NCBI RefSeq assembly: GCF_000025945.1
Contig: NC_006138.1
Span: 2,910,001 to 2,942,000 of the forward strand
Length of the DNA: 32,000 bases
DNA from: Desulfotalea psychrophila LSv54
Lineage (GTDB): Bacteria > Desulfobacterota > Desulfobulbia > Desulfobulbales > Desulfocapsaceae
Reading direction: 5' to 3'
A model generated the notes under the pieces. It saw nothing but the letters and a program-made list of their open reading frames with translations, searched no databases and was not told the DNA's origin. Numbering within the stretch: the stretch's first letter is position 1; every line of letters starts with the position of its first letter. The position numbers were made by a program, and so were the translations under genes. Shown here piece after piece: positions 9,349-15,524 of the stretch.

Positions 9349-10209
9349 AAAAACGTCCTCTGAGATACTTGCAATTTGCAAAGCAAACAAAAAAATAAGA
9401 AATGCCTGCCAAATGGCTCACAGCAAAGAGATAGCAGGGCTTACAGAGCAGTATACTCAATCGCTACCGGCAAGAATAGATAAAGATAAAAAACAGTATG
9501 CTCATTCCATCGCAGGATATATCCAATGAAATCAGGGCGCTATTTTCTATGAAAAAAGGTGGCCCGGAGGAGTTGGAGCAGCTGCCAGCTCTCTTTTTGG
9601 AGAACTAAAGGGATATAGTGGTGAACATTGAGAAGATGGCAGAGATGGCTTCGCCCAACCGGGCTGACGCTCTAATCCGACTATCAGGATGCTCTGTTCG
9701 CAGAATAGCAGAAAAGTAGATATCCTGAAAACTATGCACTTTATCCGGATATTCATGAAGCGCTAAAATCAAAACTAGTTGATTTAATACTGTTTACATG
9801 ATAACCAAGCTACTGGATGCAGTACCTGCGTTGTTGTCGGTGATGGATTTTTTAGTGGCAAAAACAGCTCCCGAGCCAGGTAATATTGCTAGAAACAGGT
9901 GACTGCATGATATGCCTGTTTCCTGAAGTACTCTGCCTGTTTTTTCATACTGATTGAAGCCATATCGATGGCAGAAATCGAGATAATAGCGGAATCCCTA
10001 ACGCGGCAATGGCGACCCCATTGCGGCACTTCTCTCTGTACGACAGAAGCCGTAAGTTGATTTATGAGAATGCAAGATATTTGGATCATGCAGTGGTACC
10101 CCGCCAGAAGACTGGATATTGTAGATGAAAAATCGTTGTCAACTCATTGTTACTCGGCAGAAAAACTGATAATAACTTGTTAGAGCAAACGAATAGAGAG
10201 GAGTCTAAA

Positions 10210-11634
10210 TTGACATATGCATTAATTGACAATTCTACATTAACGGCAGTTCAACGCATTTCAGGTGATGTGCTAACAAAATCTAAGGATTCTGTAGATA
10301 CAGATATCGTAGCTCTAGAAAATTACTTACAAGCCATTTTATTCTATGACCGAATAGTAGCTGTAGATGACTATATACCTGCTCATAGAGATTCAAGAAT
10401 ATCTGCATTCCCTAACATAGAGTTTTTGGACAAAGATACCTATAACCTAGCTGAAATTGAGGTGCAAGCAAAAGACAAAGCTGATTCTTTACAGCCTAAA
10501 ATTAAAGGTGGTGAGTTTGTAAATGAGGACTTTAAAAAGCTTATTGAGTTACTGCAAACTCATATTATTTGCACATGGGATATAAATTCAAGTGTGTATC
10601 ATCTTAATTTAAAAAGTTTGTCTGATGATCCTAGCGAGTTTAATAAGTATGGAAATATTGCCGCTGCAATTTTTTCTGAGCTTAATGATGCATCGGAATT
10701 AGGGCAAAAAACAAATGGAAATGTTCAATTAGTTGACCGATTTGGTCGTCCTATTGGGACAAATTATAAAGTTCCTGGAGCAAAATGGGGCGATAAATCG
10801 GGAGCATCTAGTGGTGAAGCCTCAGAAGCTATTAAAGCATTTGTTGCTGCGCTTGTTTGGCTAGCTAATCGCTCAATATTTTATTCCTTATCTGCAAAAT
10901 ATCTTAAAGCAGATACATTTTTATACCCTATTCGACAAGCGTATCAGCAAACGTATATGAGCCAAACATGCAATTATGGTTTTGACTATGTCAAGAACAT
11001 TGTTGATCATTTTTCATCAACTGCTTCAGAGGATTTAATTAATATTCATAAAGCAGGATTGGTTGGTGCAACATCTACTTCGTTACCTATGTTTTCTGCT
11101 TGGTTAGCCAAAGAAACTGGAGACCCATCAAAGATAATCGAGTCAGCTTATAATATTAGAGATAACCCTGAATTTGTTGAGTCTCGCGAACAGTTACGAG
11201 AAATCAGAAGGTTATTTGATGAGTCTGAAATAGCTATTGCAAATAAAGCTGTATTAAAAATCGTCACTGATTTCAATAAATCATCAACTAATCTACGGGT
11301 TAAATACGGGTTGAAAACTAGGCAAGGTGTCCCTGTTACAAAATTAGTTCATGTTTACAACACTTATGCTGCGGTAAATGGTTTACCCAAAGCTCCTGCG
11401 TATAATTTTAAAATTAAATTGCCAGATTTTTTATATAATTTAAAAAAACCTCGCGGATTCAATGCGGTCTACAGGAATCTAACTAATGACCTCTCAACGG
11501 TATGGTCACTTGGAGATGCTAGAGATATCTTAGGTAGTAAAGTTGTTCAAGAAAAAGGCGCAAGAGTATATAGTCCCAAACAAGAGCAACCGAGATTCAG
11601 TAAGGCTCATTCACAGTTTAAGAGTCCAATGTAA
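10210..11634 (+). CDS. Hypothetical protein, AT-rich orphan (about 475 aa; up to 495 aa from the tracked TTG at 10147)
   Basis: Long uninterrupted ORF in a strongly AT-rich stretch (hand count of 20 G+C in the 60 nt at 10201-10260). TTG at 10210 is preceded by AGAGAGGAG with a 6-nt spacer. I recognise no catalytic or domain motif. Confidence 0.6.
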   Translation: MTYALIDNSTLTAVQRISGDVLTKSKDSVDTDIVALENYLQAILFYDRIVAVDDYIPAHRDSRISAFPNIEFLDKDTYNLAEIEVQAKDKADSLQPKIKGGEFVNEDFKKLIELLQTHIICTWDINSSVYHLNLKSLSDDPSEFNKYGNIAAAIFSELNDASELGQKTNGNVQLVDRFGRPIGTNYKVPGAKWGDKSGASSGEASEAIKAFVAALVWLANRSIFYSLSAKYLKADTFLYPIRQAYQQTYMSQTCNYGFDYVKNIVDHFSSTASEDLINIHKAGLVGATSTSLPMFSAWLAKETGDPSKIIESAYNIRDNPEFVESREQLREIRRLFDESEIAIANKAVLKIVTDFNKSSTNLRVKYGLKTRQGVPVTKLVHVYNTYAAVNGLPKAPAYNFKIKLPDFLYNLKKPRGFNAVYRNLTNDLSTVWSLGDARDILGSKVVQEKGARVYSPKQEQPRFSKAHSQFKSPM

Positions 11635-11718
11635 TTCTTTCTAACAAGTCATTCAAAAGAACTAAAAACAGCGTCCGATATCGCTTCGATCGTATTTTAG
11701 TCCTCTATTTTTAGCCTC

Positions 11719-11900
11719 TTAATGAGGCATTGCTGGATGAGTACAATAAGGGCAACAGACTAAAATTTGAAAAATGAGTGCACAAGAGCTGTTTTTCGAT
11801 CCTGCGCTTCAAAAAAATTATCTGTTTGGTGAAAAACAAAAGAGGTAGTGGCAGATGCAATGATCGATCTCTTCTGAAATATTCTTTCAGCTCTCAGGGT
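11719..11900 (+). mobile_element. IS30-like element 5' remnant, copy A (end region plus about 35 degenerate codons of a transposase N-terminus)
   Basis: Collinear similarity to 13137-13330. Examples: cattgctgGAtgAGtacaataagggc against cattgctgAAgtATtacaataagggc, and aaatttgaaaaatgagtgcacaagagctgttttt against aagtttgaaaaatggatgagcgggaactgtttt. The peptide start MSAQELFFDPALQ parallels MDERELFSVPTLQ. Broken by stops and a 1-nt indel. Confidence 0.5.
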
Positions 11901-12013
11901 AACTCGTGATAATAACAGGAGAGATACCTCTTTGCTGACTCGAAGAGAGAGGGCAGAGGGGAAGGTCTTCGACTGAAGAGAAGAGATGCAGGAGAGCGAA
12001 GCCCCCAATTTTA

Positions 12014-12360
12014 TTAAATGGCACCGATGTTTGCTTGGGCGATCCCCATTGGCACGGAGCTGAGCATCGTCATTTCAACATTTTGCATACGACCGTATGA
12101 GGATGGAGGTGGCCCCTCCCCCCTCTCAGTTGCCCGAACGGAGTGAGGAGCGTGGGCAGATGCCAGCGGCGTCCAGGAGCCCGTTCGCAACCTTAGCGAA
12201 AGCTGAAACGAGAGTGAGGATTGGCAACTAGGCCGGAGCGGCATGGGGTGCAAAGGGGGGAACGCTTCCCCCTTTGGCCAGTATGGCTGGCAAGCCACGA
12301 TCCGGTGACCACCATCGAACCTGGGAAACTCGATCGAGGGTCGTGATGCCTGATTCACCG
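12014..12360. other. GC-rich, stem-loop-dense non-coding segment (candidate structured RNA or fragment of a foreign element)
   Basis: Hand count of 41 G+C in the 60 nt at 12121-12180, against about 28 in a ctpA line. All + frames are closed; the only open frame is an implausible minus ORF. Nested stems: 12105-12109/12115-12119, 12135-12141/12181-12187, a GAAA-capped 12195-12197/12202-12204, a 9-bp 12251-12259/12268-12276, 12303-12308/12355-12360, and 12314-12318/12330-12334. Confidence 0.45.
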
Positions 12361-12366
12361 TTTGCC

Positions 12367-12565
12367 CGTAGATAGGCCATCTTCTCAAGTATTTGGCCTG
12401 TCTACATATGTATATTGTCTCTTTCTTCGGTGTTTCAGCCTTTATACATTTGTATATTGTCTCTTTCTTCGGTGTTTCAGGCTTTATACATCTGTATATT
12501 GCCCGTCCCCTCAATGTTTTGGCCTTTACCCATACATATATTGCTCGCTTACTCGATTTTCCCTA
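12367..12565. repeat. Tandem array of a 42-bp repeat (about 4-5 units) carrying a palindromic core TATACAnnTGTATA
   Basis: tgtatattg recurs at 12409, 12451 and 12493, a 42-bp period. Units 12409-12450 and 12451-12492 are identical at 40 of 42 positions. Palindromes: 12403-12412 (TACATATGTA), 12443-12456 and 12485-12498 (TATACA-nn-TGTATA). Flanking units at 12367-12397 and 12527-12565 are degenerate. Confidence 0.85.
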
Positions 12566-12772
12566 CTCTCTTTCGGCCACAACAGGCATCTTTGCTCCAA
12601 CCTTACTTCCAGTGCTTTGTAGCGCTTTAGATATCGTAAATATTGTTGAGCCATTTTGGTGCGCGGCAAGAGACGAATGCTAGCAGCGCTATGTGACCGA
12701 ATGAGAAACGAAGTCAGCGCGAGAAAAGGGCAAACAATATACGGTGGATAAAGTTTTACAGAGCACTAATAG

Positions 12773-13069
12773 TTACTCAGATCTGTGCCAGTAATTAAAG
12801 GTTGCGTCGATTCCTTCTGCTTGAGCTTTACGATAACTCGACGCTGCCTCTGCATCCAATCCATCTACCTGCTCTGGAGTTGCTAGAAAAGATTCCTTCT
12901 CCTCTTTCACCTCCCAAAGATTGGCCTTAAAAAAACGTAATACAGCAACTCTCGCCTCTTCCATGTCGGTTGATAACACCCAGACACGAACAATTGCCCT
13001 GGAAGCATGGGCCCCCACCAGATTTCCAAACTGTGGTTCCACCTCAAAAAGAAAAAAATATGAATTCAT
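12773..13069 (-). CDS. Hypothetical small acidic protein (98 aa from the ATG at 13069)
   Basis: ORF MNSYFFLFEVEPQFGN...YWHRSE with GAGG 6 nt upstream of the ATG. No recognisable motif. Lies between the repeat array and IS30-like copy B. Confidence 0.45.
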   Translation of the reverse strand: MNSYFFLFEVEPQFGNLVGAHASRAIVRVWVLSTDMEEARVAVLRFFKANLWEVKEEKESFLATPEQVDGLDAEAASSYRKAQAEGIDATFNYWHRSE

Positions 13070-13265
13070 ACGAAACCTCAAATATAATTTTCGCCCTCTG
13101 TATACAACAGGGCATTGTGATTAATGTGACATGCATCTTATCAAGGACATTGCTGAAGTATTACAATAAGGGCCTGTCAGAAAATAACATGAACATCTTG
13201 CATCTCAGCTTCGGGCCATCTTATTTTGGAACAGACCCCAGGTACAACAAACTAAAGTTTGAAAA

Positions 13266-13672
13266 ATGGATGAGCGGGAACTGTTTTCCGTTCCGACACT
13301 TCAAGCAAAGGTCTGTTCAATGAAAAACAATGCCGCTCTCACCCAAGAACTATGGCACCTATCTGGTTAGCGTAAAGCAGGTTTGACAATCCACGAAATT
13401 GCTAAGAAAGTGGTCGGCCGCGACAGCACTGTCAGTAGGGAACTATCCAGGAATAAGAAAGGTACTGCTTATTCTCCAGAAAAAGTACAAGAACTTTTTC
13501 ATAGGAGAAAAAAAATGCTTTCACAGCCTGTAAACGCTCTGTTATCTTAGACAAAACCAGCAAAGAGGGTCTGATTTCAGGTTGATCACCAGGGACTATC
13601 AACTGACAAATGACACGAGAAAAGAGTAGGGGAGACAGCCACACCACTCTCTACCTAAAATTATTGGCCAAA
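13266..13672 (+). pseudogene. IS30-family transposase N-terminal fragment (copy B), disrupted and 3'-truncated; the element remnant begins near 13137
   Basis: HTH region typical of IS30 transposases: RKAGLTIHEIAKKVVGRDSTVSRELSRNKKGTAYSPEKV. In-frame TAG at 13368 and 13548. A frame change then leads to ...SPGTIN..GDSHTTLYLKLL, which resembles WSPEQI...ISHETIY. No DDE catalytic part follows. Abuts the 3' end of the FHA gene. Confidence 0.65.
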
Positions 13673-14868
13673 AGAAATGCGCCGAAACAGAGTGCTACCA
13701 CAGCAAAACCACCGGCGCCCCAAGTCCAGGCCAAAAGAGATTTTTTAGCAACAGCCCTAACCGATGTGACAGTCTCTGCCTCAACAGCACCCATAATCTT
13801 TGTGCTGGTTTTGCTGACTTGCTCAGCAGAATTCTGGTAGCAGCATTCGGCTTTACCAAAGCTGATCAGATCACCATCTTTAAGTTCCTGACTTTCTACG
13901 GGCTTTCCATTTATGATTGTGCCATTCTGGGAACCAGAGTCTTCCACCTTCCAGCCGCCACCCACGACAAGCAATCGAGCGTGTCTGGAGGAAACGGTGG
14001 CCTCGTTGAGAACAATGTCATTTTCCTCAGTGCGCCCCACTGTCAGGACCGCCCCCTTCAGATTGAAGATCTGTCCACTAAACACCCCTCTGCCCACCAG
14101 ACGATTTCCAGCAGCATTTGCCCCTAACTGAGTTCCAGCAACCGCTTTATTGACTTGTTTTTTTCCAAGTCCCACTGCAGATCGAACCATGGTCCTGGAA
14201 ATATCTGCAACAGGCCCCTGAACCTTGAATACGACCTCATCAATCCGGAATTCATCACCGCTTCTCAGCTCGGCAAAAGTAATTTTTTTACCAGCGACAA
14301 AGGTACCATTGGTTGACGAAAGGTCGCGTATCTGCAGACACCCTGCCTTCTCCTCCAATTCCGCATGTTTTCCAGATATGCAGGAAGAGTCTATAACAAT
14401 ATCGCAGCCCGGACCTCGCCCCATTACCATTTTTCCGACCAGTGGGAAAACTTTTCCCCTGACCGGATCGTTTGCCCCCAACAGGGACCAGTCGCCAATG
14501 ACCGGTCGAACCGTGGTAGCCTGGAGGCCGCGCTTAAGATCGGCATCGCCTATTACAGCCATCACAGTAGTGGGATGCCGTTGACCAGGGTCTACAACCT
14601 CTGCATCTACCGAGCCGAAACGAATGGTATCCCAAGCTCTAATCTCCTGACGACCAACAATTTTCTTACCCCCAACAAAGCTGCCGTTGGCAGAGCCAAG
14701 ATCTACCAGATAACTACGAGTCTCCTCAGTCTGGATCTCTGCATGAAAAGCAGAGATATCAGTATCAGCAAGTACCAGATCATTACTCTTATCCCGGCCG
14801 ATGGCCAAGCGAGTGGTGTTTAATTCCACAGTTGGCATTTGTGGATCAGTAAATTTCAGTTTGAGCAT
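13651..14868 (-). CDS. Membrane-anchored protein with three FHA domains
   Basis: Three FHA-type modules: IGRDKSNDLVL...FHAEI...LVDLGSANGSFV, MGRGPGCDIVI...KHAEL...IRDLSSTNGTFV and VGRTEENDIVL...RHARL...VEDSGSQNGTII. C-terminal TM helix WGAGGFAVVALCFGAFLLA. GGAG RBS upstream of the ATG at 14868. Confidence 0.85.
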   Translation of the reverse strand: MLKLKFTDPQMPTVELNTTRLAIGRDKSNDLVLADTDISAFHAEIQTEETRSYLVDLGSANGSFVGGKKIVGRQEIRAWDTIRFGSVDAEVVDPGQRHPTTVMAVIGDADLKRGLQATTVRPVIGDWSLLGANDPVRGKVFPLVGKMVMGRGPGCDIVIDSSCISGKHAELEEKAGCLQIRDLSSTNGTFVAGKKITFAELRSGDEFRIDEVVFKVQGPVADISRTMVRSAVGLGKKQVNKAVAGTQLGANAAGNRLVGRGVFSGQIFNLKGAVLTVGRTEENDIVLNEATVSSRHARLLVVGGGWKVEDSGSQNGTIINGKPVESQELKDGDLISFGKAECCYQNSAEQVSKTSTKIMGAVEAETVTSVRAVAKKSLLAWTWGAGGFAVVALCFGAFLLANNFR

Positions 14869-15082
14869 GCCCTCTCCTTCAGTCGTGCAGTTTACACCGC
14901 AGACCCCTTTCGTTGCTTACCTCACCCTCACGGGGAGTTATTAAATCCATCCCGTTTATCGGAGCTATGTCTTTATATCTTTTTGAGTCATAGCCATATG
15001 ACTAAGGCTCTATTGCTACATAAGAGCAAAAAGCACAGGCATTCGACTCTCTTGCAGCAAGGACCGGAAGCCCACCTATCTG

Positions 15083-15511
15083 TTACCCCAGCCTGGCTCG
15101 AGATAATTCCGGTGAGCTGACCACTCGGCGCCCTGAGCCAACGGCCGCCTCAATGGCTAAGCGATAGTTCTGAGCCGAGCTAGCCTGCAAGCGTTTGCTG
15201 AAATCCTGCGCATCATGCCAGGAAACATTTTCCAGCGGATACCTGCTACCTTGAGCAAGACCAGAGGGGTTGACACCCATTACCTTCTGATACCCCCCTA
15301 GCTCACCTCATATTTGCCCATAGAGTAGACATCCAGCCAGACCTCATGCACCGGTTTTTTCCATTGCGTTTTACTCTGATATGATTTTCCACTTACTTCA
15401 AGATGGTAACGACCAGGTTGCAAATAGATGCCCGGCTGATAGCGAGAGCTTATCTTCAGAATCTTTCCCATGGCATGAGCAGCAGAAGAGGTAATGGATA
15501 TTTGACCCATG
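15083..15511 (-). pseudogene. FGE-sulfatase (SUMF1/DUF323) domain gene, nonsense-mutated and truncated
   Basis: The reading ...PVHEVWLDVYSMGKYEVS*GGYQKVMGVNPSG...YPLENVSWHDAQDFSKRL...YRLAIEAA matches the start of FGE domains (MGKYEVT..QY..VMG.NPS...PVE.VSW.DA..F...YRLPTEAEW). There is an in-frame TAG at 15298-15300. Similarity is lost after about 75 aa of the domain. Confidence 0.7.
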
Positions 15512-15524
15512 GATGCTTTTTCTT

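Noticed and set aside
9640-9700. tRNA-like sequence (minus strand reads GCATCCTGATAGTCGGATTAGAGCG...)
   Set aside because: It resembles a tRNA acceptor/D-arm superficially. I could not fold a D-stem, a 7-nt anticodon loop or a T-arm (no GTTCRANYC), and there is no matching 3' acceptor. At best it is a decayed tRNA 5' fragment. tRNAscan-SE or ARAGORN would settle it.
9966-10128. Tyrosine-recombinase C-terminal fragment (+ frame: ...ATPLRHFSLYDRSRKLIYENARYLDHAVVPRQKTGY)
   Set aside because: The LRH...LDH...Y spacing loosely recalls HxLRH...LGH...Y. However, the first His is missing, the preceding region does not fit an integrase, and the frame is only about 50 codons long. This is too weak to call.
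9391-10146. Small ORFs 9332-9529(+), 9547-9756(-) and 9889-10089(-) in the region upstream of the SMC operon
   Set aside because: None has an RBS or a motif, and all have odd composition. The region more likely holds the operon promoter plus decayed DNA.
12014-12514. 166-aa minus-strand ORF spanning the GC-rich segment and the repeat array
   Set aside because: - The translation is low-complexity and Pro/Ser/Arg-rich.
- Its N-terminal part merely reads through the 42-bp (14-codon) repeats (IYKCIKAETPKKET twice).
- It has no RBS and no motif.
- It is best explained as a chance open frame in GC-rich, repeat DNA.
12367-12565. CRISPR array or type III toxin-antitoxin (ToxI-like) RNA repeat array
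   Set aside because: **CRISPR:** the units are contiguous with no unique spacers, and no cas genes are present.

**ToxI-like antitoxin:** that kind of array should be followed, after a terminator, by a ToxN/AbiQ-type toxin ORF on the same strand. Neither strand has one. On the + strand no ORF follows. On the minus strand only the implausible 166-aa ORF follows.
12362-12683. Three overlapping + strand ORFs (86, 96 and 71 aa) over the repeats
   Set aside because: All three frames are open only because the 42-bp unit lacks stops. The peptides are repetitive (LFLRCF..., IVSFFGVS...). This is a repeat artefact, not genes.
12014-12700. Group II intron (the GCGAAAGCTGAAACG stretch, and GTGCGCGG at about 12659)
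   Set aside because: - There is no reverse-transcriptase/maturase ORF.
- I found no recognisable domain V (AGCCGUAU...AUACGGUU).
- The GTGCG lies downstream of the putative domain I-like stretch, not upstream.
- At most this is a fragment, so I kept it only as one hypothesis in the finding.
14225-14823. + strand ORFs of 119 and 152 aa
   Set aside because: They are antisense to the triple-FHA gene and have no motifs. The same reasoning applies to:
- 16245-16715(+), inside the kinase gene
- 28167-28634(-), inside the M23 gene
- 23164-23606(-), inside the SDR gene
- the many short ORFs inside the SMC operon
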